Assembly (NCBI GenBank): GCA_963719085.1 | Contig: CAVRAL010000002.1 | Coordinates: 10,006-74,005 of the forward strand | DNA: 64,000 nucleotides | From: a candidate division FCPU426 bacterium | GTDB taxonomy: Bacteria > Oederibacteriota > Muellerivitia > Muellerivitales > Muellerivitaceae | Reading direction: 5' to 3' | Shown here: one piece after another, positions 1-9,562 of the stretch | How positions within the stretch are numbered: the stretch's first letter is position 1 | How the letters are laid out: the number at the start of each line of letters is the position of its first letter | Program-made: the position numbers and the translations under genes | Notes under the pieces: model-generated | Databases searched by the model: none | Seen by the model: the letters and a program-made list of their open reading frames with translations, nothing else | What the model was told of the DNA's origin: nothing

Positions 1-260
1 TAAACGGGAGGATTCAAAATTCCGCTTGAAAAAACACCATATTGGGTAATCGGGCCGGAGGCTCTGGCCGTAAACCGGTACGAAAGGGTAACCGAATTTG
101 AGTTCAGATTGGTGACGGCGATGGAATCCGTGAGGAATAGGTTGGAAGGCAGGGCAAAAACGGCGCAAGGCAAACCGAGACATAAAATAAGCAAAAGAAC
201 GGTAATACTAAAAAAACGGTTGAATAAGCGAAAACGATATTGTGGAAAATCCGAAGACAA
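1..260 (-). CDS. Secreted protein, N-terminal part only (runs off the window start)
   Basis: Not in the ORF track. Open frame from TTG at 260 (GGAAGG upstream) to the window edge: MSSDFPQYRFRLFNRFFSITVLLLILCLGLPCAVFA|LPSNLFLTDSIAVTNLNSNSVTLSY..., i.e. basic n-region, hydrophobic h-region and a V-F-A cleavage site. Confidence 0.7.
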   Translation of the reverse strand, partial: MSSDFPQYRFRLFNRFFSITVLLLILCLGLPCAVFALPSNLFLTDSIAVTNLNSNSVTLSYRFTARASGPITQYGVFSSGILNPPV

Positions 261-354
261 TTGAGACCTTCCGTGACCGGGGATGGTTCAACCACGAGTT
301 TTCATTTTATCGCTAAAATTGGCCCAGTGCCACCTTTACCCTAAAATTCCAGGC

Positions 355-392
355 AAAGGAAAGGCGATGGACCCTAATGGATTCCATCGCCT
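355..392 (-). terminator. Probable intrinsic terminator after the FN3 protein gene
   Basis: 10-bp stem AGGCGATGGA (362-371) / TCCATCGCCT (383-392), followed by a T-rich tract on the minus strand. Confidence 0.55.
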
Positions 393-452
393 CATTTCAC
401 GCTATTTAAACGCTTTTGCGCTTTGCCACAGAAACCTATATAAATCACCCGC

Positions 453-1361
453 TCAAAGAATAGTGGCCACAATGATCGCGTGAGAGGTTGAATTAGGAGA
501 GGTGGCTTCCACCGTGGCGATTTCTCCTGATTTCCCTAAAAATTGAACTTGAGCGGTTCCCGTCGCGTCCGTCACGGCAATTCCCGTGTTACCGGCCGGC
601 GCGCCCTGGCTGATGATCTGTCCATTGCCTCCCAGATGCAAAAGTATTTTAAAATTAACTGTAATACCAGCCTGAGGCGTTCCCTTGGCTAAGACCGCCT
701 TCACGCTGAGCGTTGAGGGGTGGTTTGCGGGGGTCACCCAGGGGTTGGCCGTCGGTTGGACAAGATTTACTTGGACGCTCGCCGGCGGTGTATTGAAGGA
801 AGTCATGGCGCTTTGAGCTAAGACATTACCCTGTCCGTCCAAGTCACTCACATTGTAAAAATACTGGGTACCGGCCTGCAAACCCGTCGCCTGCACCGAA
901 TGGCTGAAGGCGTTCACGTTGTCCGCGAAGGCCATCGACAGATTGGCAGCCGTGGTCCCCAACGCGACTTTTCCTAATCCGGCGCAGTTCGCCTGCCAAG
1001 TGATGGTGGCGGCCGTGGGCCCGCTGGCAGCGGCTTGAGGAGTGCCAACAACTTGCGGCGGCGTTGTGATGAAAGTAGAAGTAACGCTCTGGGCGAGCGT
1101 ATTACCGTTGGAATCCAGCGTGCTGACGGTGTAATAGTAGGTGGTTGCATCCGCCAACCCAGTGAGGACCAGGGAATGCTGGGTTCCCGGATTGTTTTCA
1201 GTGACGCTGGAGCTTAAATTATTCGAGGCCGTCCCGTAAGCCACCTGCCCATAACCGCTGATTCCCGCCGTATCCGTCCAAGTAATAGTCACGGACCATT
1301 GTCCGCCGGTGTTTGATACGTTGGCAAAGGGTCCATTGGCACCGCTAATTGTTTGAGGCAT
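453..1361 (-). CDS. Tandem fibronectin type III (purple acid phosphatase N-terminal type) repeat protein with a C-terminal Ig-like (Big_1-like) domain
   Basis: Two internal repeats TITW...HS...TGL...T.Y.Y.VS.LD..GN.LAQS...F.TPP; C-terminal 'G.TVNF...AVTDATGTAQV' is Big_1-like. ATG at 1361 has a GGAGG RBS. Confidence 0.75.
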   Translation of the reverse strand: MPQTISGANGPFANVSNTGGQWSVTITWTDTAGISGYGQVAYGTASNNLSSSVTENNPGTQHSLVLTGLADATTYYYTVSTLDSNGNTLAQSVTSTFITTPPQVVGTPQAAASGPTAATITWQANCAGLGKVALGTTAANLSMAFADNVNAFSHSVQATGLQAGTQYFYNVSDLDGQGNVLAQSAMTSFNTPPASVQVNLVQPTANPWVTPANHPSTLSVKAVLAKGTPQAGITVNFKILLHLGGNGQIISQGAPAGNTGIAVTDATGTAQVQFLGKSGEIATVEATSPNSTSHAIIVATIL

Positions 1362-1607
1362 TGATTTGTCCTCCAAGAAATTTAATGACAACGCTAAAGC
1401 GCGCCGATTATATCACGCGACAAATTAAGCGATGGTTAAATTTCAGGGAAGGACCAGCGAATTGGAGGGGCCGGACAAAAGAGCGGCGATTTTCAAATCC
1501 ACTTTCACGAAAAACCAATCATCAAAGAAAAAATCAAGACGAGCGATTCGCAAAAAAACATCCATCCCCGGAACAAAACGACGCGAAGGCCGTGGACACA
1601 GGCTTAT

Positions 1608-2597
1608 CTACGTTTTGTTAACCGGGGCCGCGATTTTCCAACTGCCGTCCTTTTTGGACAAAACAAAACCCTTCTCCACCTTTTGAACCGGGCCGCCGCT
1701 TTTTTCTTTTTTGGTGAAGGTAAAAAGCACGGTGGCGTTTTCGCCGTTGATGACCATTCCGGTCAATTCCACTTTTAAATCGGCCTGGCTGGGAACGTCG
1801 GCCATGAATTTTTGATACCAATCGTCCCATTGGGGTTTGCCGGGATAAAGATCATCAAAATAAGAATTCACCCGGATGGTATTGCCCCTCTGAAAATCCG
1901 CGCCCAGGGCGGCCGTGTAGTTATCCAGTTCGTAAAGGCCCAGCGAAATCCCCCGCTCCCCGATCGGCCGATACCAATGGGTTTTCGACAAACTGGCCTG
2001 AAGCGTTTCCAACAACTTTTTTCCCTTCGAGCTGTCCGCGGTTGACTGATCCAGCGTAACGTGGACCCAGATGAGAAGATCGTCCCGGCGCAAAACCCAT
2101 TCCTGATCCAACCAGCCTTCTTTGGATTTATCCGCGAGCTTGTAATTTTGGACGTCCCATTCCGCCGAAGGGTCCGGGGTGGCGATTTTATTCGAGGCGC
2201 CTTTTTTCACCAGATCCAGCTGGCGGTCCTTGAATTGCTGTTGGCATTGGGAATCCCAATCCTTATCGGAAAAATCCTGGGATGGATCCACTAAATGAAC
2301 CGTCACCCGGGCGATAAGAAACTGGCCGGGATCGGAAAAGCGGGCCACCTCATCGACTTCTTGGTCTTCGGAAAGACGCAAGAGGCTCCAATGGGCGGGA
2401 ACCGGAATGGCGAAGCCATAATCGGTCTGGAGAAACTCCCCGTTCACCAGCCCGCTGTCCGAAACCGGAGGCAGCGGCAGTTGGTTGCGCTCCAAACCCG
2501 GCTTCGAATGGCAACCCACCCCGTTTAAGCCGAAGGTCAGGGCCATCAAAAGAGCGACGCCTCCACGGCGCCAACTTTGGTTTAAGAAATGGATCAA
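1608..2597 (-). CDS. Hypothetical lipoprotein, last gene of the MoxR/Bat operon
   Basis: 329-aa ORF with a signal peptide and lipobox-like GLNGVG|C; start overlaps the moxR stop; C-terminus (VINGENATV...LSKKDGSWKI) is NTF2-like. Confidence 0.7.
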   Translation of the reverse strand: MIHFLNQSWRRGGVALLMALTFGLNGVGCHSKPGLERNQLPLPPVSDSGLVNGEFLQTDYGFAIPVPAHWSLLRLSEDQEVDEVARFSDPGQFLIARVTVHLVDPSQDFSDKDWDSQCQQQFKDRQLDLVKKGASNKIATPDPSAEWDVQNYKLADKSKEGWLDQEWVLRRDDLLIWVHVTLDQSTADSSKGKKLLETLQASLSKTHWYRPIGERGISLGLYELDNYTAALGADFQRGNTIRVNSYFDDLYPGKPQWDDWYQKFMADVPSQADLKVELTGMVINGENATVLFTFTKKEKSGGPVQKVEKGFVLSKKDGSWKIAAPVNKT

Positions 2598-3583
2598 GGA
2601 ACCGGAACCTTATTTAGGATTTGGGCGATCAACTCGTCCGCCTTCACGTTTTGGGCCTCCGCCTCGTAAGTCAGGATCAAGCGGTGCCGCATCACATCCC
2701 CCGCCAAGGCTTTCACATCCTCGGGCGAGGCGTAGCCCCGTCCATCCAAAAAGGCCCGGGCTTTGGAAGCCGTCGTGAGGCCCAAAGAAGCCCGGGGGCT
2801 GGCCCCATATTCAATCATCGGAACCAGTGAATCAAGCTTATAGTCCTTCGGGGAACGGGTGGCGGCCACCAGGCTCACGATATATTCCTTCAGCGTCTCG
2901 CTGACATAAACGCCCTCCGCCGCCTTCTGGGCCTTGAGGATCGCCGAAGCCGAAAGCGCTTCCTTGACCTCCACTTCAACACCCTCGGTCATCCGGGTGA
3001 TGATTTCTTTTTCTTCCTCGGCGGTCGGGTAACTCACGCCGATCTTCATGAGAAAACGGTCGACCTGGGCTTCCGGCAAAGGATAGGTTCCCTCGTGCTC
3101 AATCGGGTTCTGGGTCGCCATCACGAAAAAGGGCTCTTCCAACTTGAACGTTTCCGGCCCAATGGTCACCTGGTGTTCCTGCATGGCCTCCAGAAGCGCG
3201 GACTGGACTTTCGCGGGAGCCCGGTTAATTTCATCGGCCAAAATCAGATTGGCGAAAACCGGCCCCTTCTGGGTTTTGAAATCGCCTTTGGCGGGGTTAT
3301 AAATCCGGGTGCCTAAAAGGTCCGCCGGCAAAAGATCGGGCGTGAACTGGATGCGGCTGAAGGAAACCCCCAAAACTTCCGCCAGGGTCTTAACCGCCAG
3401 GGTTTTGGCCAAACCGGGAAGGCCTTCCAAAAGCAGATGGCCCCGGGCCAAAAGGCCCAGCAGCAGCCTTTCGATCAAATCCTCCTGCCCCACGATGACT
3501 TTTTTCACCTCACCCCGGGCCTTTTGAAACTGCTCGCTTAAACGCAGGCCTTCCTGGGTCAATTCTTCATTGGATGTCGCCAT
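2594..3583 (-). CDS. moxR: MoxR family AAA+ ATPase
   Basis: Walker A GLPGLAKT, RIQFTPDLLPAD, ADEINRA, ATQNPIE.EGTYPLPEAQ.DRF, GASPR. Confidence 0.95.
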   Translation of the reverse strand: MATSNEELTQEGLRLSEQFQKARGEVKKVIVGQEDLIERLLLGLLARGHLLLEGLPGLAKTLAVKTLAEVLGVSFSRIQFTPDLLPADLLGTRIYNPAKGDFKTQKGPVFANLILADEINRAPAKVQSALLEAMQEHQVTIGPETFKLEEPFFVMATQNPIEHEGTYPLPEAQVDRFLMKIGVSYPTAEEEKEIITRMTEGVEVEVKEALSASAILKAQKAAEGVYVSETLKEYIVSLVAATRSPKDYKLDSLVPMIEYGASPRASLGLTTASKARAFLDGRGYASPEDVKALAGDVMRHRLILTYEAEAQNVKADELIAQILNKVPVP

Positions 3584-3606
3584 AGCCGTCTCCTTGATTT
3601 TTAAAG

Positions 3607-4614
3607 TTACTTCTTTTTAGACGCCTTCGGCGCCAGGGTGGCCGCCCAAGTTTTTAAGTTATCCTTCGATCCCAGGTTTCCTTCCGCGTAAATCACGCGG
3701 TCGCAAACCCGCAGGCACTTTTCGGCCGCTTCCCGGACTTCCTCGGAAGCTTTCGCCTGCCGTAAGGCCTTTAAGATTTCCCCCGTCGTGTAATCCACCG
3801 CCGTGAAGCCAAACCGTTCTTGAAGGCATTCCCGGATCCAAATGGATAATTTCAGGCAAAAGGCTTTCGTGTCCAAATCCTCGTTGAACAACTTTTTCAA
3901 TGAGTCTTTCCACCGGTCCTCGTCCATACCCGCCGCCGCCCCCTGCGTCCGGGGGGCGCTCCTCATCCGAAGCCTGAAAATCAACCCTACGATTAAAATC
4001 ACCAACAAGAAAAGGATCAGCCATTTAAAAACGCCGAAAGACTCGGGCAAAAGCGGCTTCACATCCCTCAACCCGTCCGGCGAGGGGGCCGCCGTCGGCA
4101 CTGCCGTCGCCGGCGAGGCCGGCGCGGCGCTATGGCCGAAGAGGGAAAAAGGCGTCTTCGCGGTGACCGTCACTAAAACCCCGTTGGATTGGATCTCCCT
4201 TTTTCCTAATTTAGGGTCCTGGTAAATCAAGCTGGCGGGGCCCAAGGTTTCCTGGCCTTCTTTGCGGGCCACCAAGGTAATTTTCGTGTCCGAGACCTGG
4301 TAAATTTGCCCGTTGTTCTCAATGACCTGGGTCGAGGACGAGGAGGAACTGATGTCAAAATTTTCCGGCGTGGGGACCGAAGGGCCCTGGATCTCCATCC
4401 CATTGCCGCTTCCGATTTGTTTGAACTCCACCGTCAGGGTCAGGCTGTCCCCCACCGCGACCTGCCGTTTGTCCACGTCCAAACGCAAGCCCATTTGATC
4501 CGAGGAAGCGTCATCGGCCCACGCCGGGCAAAATCCCAAACCCAATAACAGGGCCAAAAGGTAAAAACTCCATCCCCATTTTTTGAGTTCTTTCAGCCAA
4601 TATTTCGTTTTCAC
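3607..4614 (-). CDS. BatD-like protein (signal peptide, Ig-like domain, TM helix, cytoplasmic tail)
   Basis: VDKRQVAVGDSLTLTV...GPASL...SNGVLVTV BatD-type domain, P/A-rich linker, LRDVKP-TM segment, TT.EIL motif; position in the Bat operon. Confidence 0.75.
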   Translation of the reverse strand: MKTKYWLKELKKWGWSFYLLALLLGLGFCPAWADDASSDQMGLRLDVDKRQVAVGDSLTLTVEFKQIGSGNGMEIQGPSVPTPENFDISSSSSSTQVIENNGQIYQVSDTKITLVARKEGQETLGPASLIYQDPKLGKREIQSNGVLVTVTAKTPFSLFGHSAAPASPATAVPTAAPSPDGLRDVKPLLPESFGVFKWLILFLLVILIVGLIFRLRMRSAPRTQGAAAGMDEDRWKDSLKKLFNEDLDTKAFCLKLSIWIRECLQERFGFTAVDYTTGEILKALRQAKASEEVREAAEKCLRVCDRVIYAEGNLGSKDNLKTWAATLAPKASKKK

Positions 4615-5558
4615 CAGTCTTCCTCCGGTTCGTTTTTACCGTCTTGAACTTTATGTCCCATCAACTGCTCCATCAATGCCCGTTGTTCCTTGGGAATCAA
4701 ATTCAACATCGGGTCGTTGTTTTGCTGGTCCTGTTTGGGATTCAACGAAAAATATTGCTGGGTCTGGTGTTCCTGCTTTTGCATTTTTTCCAGCAAAGCC
4801 TGTACCTGGCCGTCGCTTAACCCCAATTCTTTCTTGGCCCGCGCTTGGCGTTGTTGATCCTCGGACGGCTGGGAAGCGGGATTGGATCCCGGTTGATTTT
4901 GCGCGTCCTTAGGCGGGGAGCCTGGAGCGTTTGAAGGTGATCCGCTCTTCGACGGCTGGTTCCCCTGGTTTTGCTGGGGAGTTCCCGCCGATGGCTGATT
5001 TTGCCCCGGTTGATTTTGCGCGGAATCCGAAGAATCAGGGGATTTTTTTTGATTTTTGTTTTTGGCCTCTTTGTTTTTATCTTTTTCTTTTTTGTTTTTC
5101 GGCTGGGTCTTCAGTTTTTCCTGGGCCAATTGAAGGTTATGCTTGGCGTCCTCATCCCCCGATTTTAAGGCCAAGGCCTTTTGATAGGCGTCCACCGCGT
5201 CCTGGTATTCCTGTTGTTGAAAAAGACTGTTTCCTAAATTGTACCAACCGGGTTCCAAGTTCGGGTTTTGTTGAAGCGCCTTTTCATAAGCCTGGGCCGC
5301 GTCCTCATATTGGCCGAGGCGGTAAAGGCTGTTGCCCAAGGCGTAGGCATCGTCCGCGTCCGCGGGGTTGTTTTGAAGTTTTTGCTGGAACAGTTCCTTG
5401 GCTTGCTCATAGTTCTGATGGTCATAGGCTTTTCGGCCGGGTGATAAGGTAAACCCGTCCGCGAAAGCCCGCGCTCCAACGATGAAAAGCGCCAGGACCG
5501 CGCCCAAGAAAAAAATTATCTTCCTCAATTTTAAAAAACGTCCCATTTCATTCCTCAT
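4611..5558 (-). CDS. Tetratricopeptide repeat protein, BatC-like
   Basis: Signal peptide, TPRs (YALGNSLY, WYNLGNSLF, DAKHNL), K/Q/N-rich linker and terminal EDW; ATGA overlap with the upstream stop at 5555-5558. Confidence 0.85.
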   Translation of the reverse strand: MRNEMGRFLKLRKIIFFLGAVLALFIVGARAFADGFTLSPGRKAYDHQNYEQAKELFQQKLQNNPADADDAYALGNSLYRLGQYEDAAQAYEKALQQNPNLEPGWYNLGNSLFQQQEYQDAVDAYQKALALKSGDEDAKHNLQLAQEKLKTQPKNKKEKDKNKEAKNKNQKKSPDSSDSAQNQPGQNQPSAGTPQQNQGNQPSKSGSPSNAPGSPPKDAQNQPGSNPASQPSEDQQRQARAKKELGLSDGQVQALLEKMQKQEHQTQQYFSLNPKQDQQNNDPMLNLIPKEQRALMEQLMGHKVQDGKNEPEEDW

Positions 5559-6538
5559 AAAATCGTCGCCAGGATCAGGCTGCCGGCCGTGCCCAATGCC
5601 CAAAGGGGAAACAATTCTTCCCGCCGCATCACGCCTTTATCCTGGATGTCGGTTTGGGCCAACCGGCCCACCGTTTTCTGGATATCCGAAAGCCCCGCCG
5701 CGCTGTCGCCATGCAGAAAAACGCCGCCGGTCGTCTCGGCAATTTTTTGAAGGCTCGCCTCGTCCAATTGGCTGATATGGACCTGTCCGGCGCGGTTCTT
5801 TTTATAGAGGGGCTCGCCCCAAAAGGAAACCCCGTCCGGTATGGGCTGGCCTTGCCGGGTCCCCATCCCTACCGTCACAATCGGGACCTTTTGGCTGACG
5901 GCCGCTTGCAGGGCCGAGTCAATATTCGAAGCGCCATCCGTGGTTTCCCCGTCGGTCAAAAGTAAAATCGCCTTGCCCCGCTTGGAATCCGCCGGGAAGG
6001 CGGATAGGGCTGTCTGGATTCCCGATCCGATATCGGTCCCCCCCAGCTCAATCGTATCCGTGTCCGCTTTATCTAAAATTTGGGACACCGTGTCCAAATC
6101 CAAGGTCAAGGGCACCTGGACCAGGGCCTGCCCGGCGAAAACCACCAACCCCACCCGGTCGCCTTGAAGATTCCCCAACCAATCGTCCAAGGCTTTTTTA
6201 GCGGCTTCCAACCGGTTCGGAGGCACGTCCTGGGTCATCATGCTCTTGGAGACGTCGAGCACCACCACAATGTCGCTGCCGCGCTGGCTCAAATCCTGCG
6301 GAATCAGTTTCCCCTGCATCCGGGCCGCGCCCACACCGGCCGCGAAAAGCCCCAGCAAAAGCAGGGAACCTTTTAATATCCGCCGACCCCAAGCCAGTGA
6401 AGGGGAAAGCACCAGGTTTTGGTGGCCCAATTGTTCCAAGTCCCCGCGGTCCTGCCAAAAGCCATAAAGCATCCAAGCCGCCCAAATAAAAAACAATCCT
6501 CCCAGGGGCCAAAGCCAAGCCGCGTTCGCGAAGTTCAT
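5555..6538 (-). CDS. VWA domain protein, BatB-like
   Basis: N-terminal BatA-type TM region, MIDAS DVSKS, DRVGLVVFAG, PLTLD, LLTDGE, C-terminal TM. Confidence 0.9.
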   Translation of the reverse strand: MNFANAAWLWPLGGLFFIWAAWMLYGFWQDRGDLEQLGHQNLVLSPSLAWGRRILKGSLLLLGLFAAGVGAARMQGKLIPQDLSQRGSDIVVVLDVSKSMMTQDVPPNRLEAAKKALDDWLGNLQGDRVGLVVFAGQALVQVPLTLDLDTVSQILDKADTDTIELGGTDIGSGIQTALSAFPADSKRGKAILLLTDGETTDGASNIDSALQAAVSQKVPIVTVGMGTRQGQPIPDGVSFWGEPLYKKNRAGQVHISQLDEASLQKIAETTGGVFLHGDSAAGLSDIQKTVGRLAQTDIQDKGVMRREELFPLWALGTAGSLILATIL

Positions 6539-6548
6539 GCTGGTTCCC

Positions 6549-7661
6549 TCACGGCAATGTCCGAAGAACGGTCAGTCCCAAAACCATGTCCAAAGCCAAA
6601 ATTAAAAAAGCCGCCAGTAAAAAATAGGCGCCCAACTCGTTGTATTCCCAATCCGTGACCGTCACCGCCTCCCGCTTTTCCAGTTTGGCGATCTCGTCCA
6701 AAACCCTTTGCAGCGAGGAATTGTCCGAGGCGTTATAGGCGATGCCGCCCGTGATTTGGGCGATGGCCCGTAAAGCCACCATGTTCACCGGATCTTCCCG
6801 GGCGATTTCACCCGTCCGCGGGTCCACCGCGTATTGGGTATGGCCTTGCGCGTCCTTAAAAATCGCCAGGGTGGGCTCCGTGCTCCCGACGCCGATGGCG
6901 TAAATTTTGACGCCCTGACGGGCCGCCAATTTCGCCGCCGTCAAAGGATCCACCGTGCTGGCGTTATCACCCCCGTCGGTCAAAAGAATGATGGCCTGAT
7001 GGTTGTTGGGTTCGGCGGAGGCGCCTTCATTTGAGCCTGTCATTTTGGAAAGCAGCGAGTGCCCGGAATCTTGGTCCGCGCCATTTTGACCAGCGCCTTT
7101 TTGAAGCCGGTTCAGACAAGCGATTAAGGCGTCCCCGATGGCCGTTCCATCCACCCTCACCGATCCCACTTCCACGTTTTGAAGCAGGGTCTTAACGACC
7201 TGGGTGTCGGTGGTCATGGGGCATTGGGTAAAGGGCAGACGGGCAAAAACCTCGATGCCCACCCGGACGTTTTGAACCTTGTCCAAAAACTCGCTCAGAA
7301 ATTTTTTGGCCGCTTCCACGCGATCGGGTTTTAAATCCTGGGTGATCATGGACCCGGAAACGTCAAAGGCCACAAAAAGGTCGGTGACCGGTTTTTTTTC
7401 CTCCACTTTTTTGTGGCCCGATTGGGGCCGGGCCGCCGCCACCAGGCAAAGGGCGAGAACCAAGATCCGCAAGACCCAGGGAAAGGCGAAAGCCGAAAAA
7501 GCGCCGGACGCCGCGCCTACCAGGCGGACGTTGCCTAAAAACAAAGTCGAGCGCTTGGAACGGGCCGCCCAAATGAAAAAAAAGGGGAGCAAGGGAAGCG
7601 CCGCCAGGCCCCAGAGCCAGCCGGGATTGGCGAAATGCATCACGGAAGGATCGGGATTCAA
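6549..7661 (-). CDS. VWA domain protein, BatA-like
   Basis: FANPGWLW, AARP, MIDAS DVSGS, DGTAIGDA, LLTDG; alternative start ATG at 7640. Confidence 0.9.
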   Translation of the reverse strand: MNPDPSVMHFANPGWLWGLAALPLLPFFFIWAARSKRSTLFLGNVRLVGAASGAFSAFAFPWVLRILVLALCLVAAARPQSGHKKVEEKKPVTDLFVAFDVSGSMITQDLKPDRVEAAKKFLSEFLDKVQNVRVGIEVFARLPFTQCPMTTDTQVVKTLLQNVEVGSVRVDGTAIGDALIACLNRLQKGAGQNGADQDSGHSLLSKMTGSNEGASAEPNNHQAIILLTDGGDNASTVDPLTAAKLAARQGVKIYAIGVGSTEPTLAIFKDAQGHTQYAVDPRTGEIAREDPVNMVALRAIAQITGGIAYNASDNSSLQRVLDEIAKLEKREAVTVTDWEYNELGAYFLLAAFLILALDMVLGLTVLRTLP

Positions 7662-8539
7662 CGCCGCCCCATCCGTTCCAACCGCTTCCGGAAAAAGCCG
7701 ATCAAGGGAGTCACCACGTTTTGTCCGGCCTGGATCTCAATGCGGTCCGCGCCCTTGAGCGTCAAAAGACGCAATTGCTGTTCGCGAAAACGCTTGGCTT
7801 CCTGGGAAGCCTTATTCGACCCGGGCGAAAGAAAGCCGACCTTGCCGGTCTCCGGATCGCGGACCGCCACCCGGGCGGGAATCTTGAAATCTTTTTCAAG
7901 CGGATCTTCCAGAACCGCCGCCACCAGGTCGTGCCGCTTGGCCAAAACGCCGGCGGCCGCGGGGGGAATGGGATCGGTGAAATCGGAGACCAAAAGCACC
8001 ACACTGCGGCGTTTGAGCACGCCGTTCAAAAGGCGCAGGGCGGGCGCGAAATCGGTTTTGCGGCCCACGGGCTTAAAACCCACCAGTTCCCTTAAAACCC
8101 TCAGGGCTCCGGCTTTTCCCCGGCGGGGGGGGATAAAATATTCCACCCGGTCGGTGAAGATGAGAAGTCCCACCCGGTCCTGGTGCTGGACCGCCGCGAA
8201 GGCCAGGACCGCGCAAAGCCGAAGCGCGGTTTCCCTTTTGCTGGTCTTCCCGGTCCCGTACCAGAGGGACGCCGACAGGTCGACCGCCAGGATCATTTGA
8301 AGCTCGCGCTCTTCCACGAAGGTCTTCACATAGGGGCTGTTGAGGCGGGCCGTGACGTTCCAATCGATGGTTCGATGGTCGTCTTCCGGGCTGTATTCGC
8401 GCACCTGCTGAAATTCCAAGCCTTGACCGCGGAAGGTGCTTCGATAGAAGCCCCGTAACAGGGTTTCCACCGCTCCCCGGGTCACAATCTCGAGCCGGTG
8501 AACTTCCTTCAATAGGGAAAGCGAGTCCTGGGTTTTCAT
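7658..8539 (-). CDS. DUF58 domain protein
   Basis: GQGLEF..VREY..DD.RTIDWNVTAR, EERE, DLSAS, LVSDF motifs; MoxR-associated context. Confidence 0.92.
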   Translation of the reverse strand: MKTQDSLSLLKEVHRLEIVTRGAVETLLRGFYRSTFRGQGLEFQQVREYSPEDDHRTIDWNVTARLNSPYVKTFVEERELQMILAVDLSASLWYGTGKTSKRETALRLCAVLAFAAVQHQDRVGLLIFTDRVEYFIPPRRGKAGALRVLRELVGFKPVGRKTDFAPALRLLNGVLKRRSVVLLVSDFTDPIPPAAAGVLAKRHDLVAAVLEDPLEKDFKIPARVAVRDPETGKVGFLSPGSNKASQEAKRFREQQLRLLTLKGADRIEIQAGQNVVTPLIGFFRKRLERMGRR

Positions 8540-8556
8540 CGGTATTTAGACGGTTA

Positions 8557-8892
8557 TCAGGCTTTTTTGGTTTTGCTAAAACGGGCGGGGAGGGTGGAAA
8601 AAAGATAAGAAATCAAAAGGCCCATGGCGATAAAAATGGCGAAATTGATTAAAAGCGCCTTGACCGAATCCAACCCGTAATGGTCCTCGATCGCGTTATA
8701 AAGAAACCACAAGCCCGCCACCAAGGGACCCACCAGCGCGATCACGGCCACTTGAACCCCGAAAATTTTCCGCTTGGTTTTGACGATCTTGGATTTCCAG
8801 AGGAGGCCAAACCCCAGGGAGCCCAAGGTGATGAGCGCGGCCAAAATCAAAACGATCACTTGGGCCTGGTCTTCGGTGACGAGTTCTTGCAT
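8557..8892 (-). CDS. Small hypothetical membrane protein (about 3 TM)
   Basis: 111-aa ORF with three hydrophobic segments, co-oriented just upstream of DUF58. Confidence 0.7.
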   Translation of the reverse strand: MQELVTEDQAQVIVLILAALITLGSLGFGLLWKSKIVKTKRKIFGVQVAVIALVGPLVAGLWFLYNAIEDHYGLDSVKALLINFAIFIAMGLLISYLFSTLPARFSKTKKA

Positions 8893-8904
8893 GGCCGGCC
8901 TTGT

Positions 8905-9087
8905 TCAGGAATTAAAAAAAGTGGGGACGGCCCAAAGCAACACCGAGACAAACATGAGGATGGTCCCGAACAACATGGTCAAGGCCCAATAGGTGTCTTG
9001 AGGCTTGGGCGTGGAATCGGACTTCCAAAGCCCGACATTAAAAAGCACGTAACCTAAAACGATACCCACGATCCATCCTGGAGCCAT
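8905..9087 (-). CDS. Small hypothetical membrane protein (2 TM)
   Basis: 60-aa ORF, GAGGGA RBS, two hydrophobic segments. Confidence 0.6.
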   Translation of the reverse strand: MAPGWIVGIVLGYVLFNVGLWKSDSTPKPQDTYWALTMLFGTILMFVSVLLWAVPTFFNS

Positions 9088-9128
9088 TGCGTCCCTCGCT
9101 TAAAAGTTAAAATCAAACGCCAATTTTA

Positions 9129-9200
9129 GCAATGATGGACGCAGATTTTTTCGGAAAGCATATTTCTTTATCGGCGTTTATCAGCATTCATCATTGCAAA
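9129..9200. repeat. Intergenic inverted-repeat element, 10-bp-period family
   Basis: GCAATGATGGACGCAGA (9129-9145) pairs with 9181-9197 at 14/17; right arm 9167-9200 is built of GATRAAYGCN units. Confidence 0.7.
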
Positions 9201-9208
9201 GAATTAAA

Positions 9209-9472
9209 TCAGTTTTCGTTCGGACAAGGGTCCGGGCTTCCGCAAGCTCCGCAACCAGACTGTGCCGCGTCCGCCGGTTTTTCCGAAACCAACGGGCTTT
9301 TATAATCGTTTTGGTAAAAACCGCTTCCCTTCAAAACAAAACCCACTCCGGCTGAAATGAGCCGCTCAACCTTGGCGCCGCAAGTCGGGCAAGAAGCCAG
9401 GACATTGTCCTTGATGGACTGCCAAACCTCAAAAGTTCCGCATTTTTGGCATCGATAATCGTAATTGGGCAT
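9209..9472 (-). CDS. FmdB family zinc ribbon protein
   Basis: MPNYDYRCQKCG...CPTCG...ISAG.GFVLKGSGFYQNDY; extra C-terminal CGAC...C. Confidence 0.9.
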   Translation of the reverse strand: MPNYDYRCQKCGTFEVWQSIKDNVLASCPTCGAKVERLISAGVGFVLKGSGFYQNDYKSPLVSEKPADAAQSGCGACGSPDPCPNEN

Positions 9473-9503
9473 TTCAAAACTCCATCGGGAAGAATCGAAT
9501 TAG

Positions 9504-9532
9504 ATGATAGGGTCAACTTTGGGAGGTGTCAA
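9504..9532 (-). promoter_or_regulatory. Sigma70-type promoter for the FmdB gene
   Basis: TTGACA-17 bp-TATCAT on the minus strand. Confidence 0.65.
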
Positions 9533-9562
9533 CGCCGCCCCTCCCAATACCGAATAGGCACT

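Noticed and set aside
104..295. 63-aa minus-strand ORF in the track
   Set aside because: Overlaps a better frame (TTG at 260) that encodes a signal peptide and runs off the window.
8125..8132. G8 homopolymer as a phase-variation tract
   Set aside because: It lies in an intact DUF58 frame encoding Pro-Pro-Arg; short and unremarkable.
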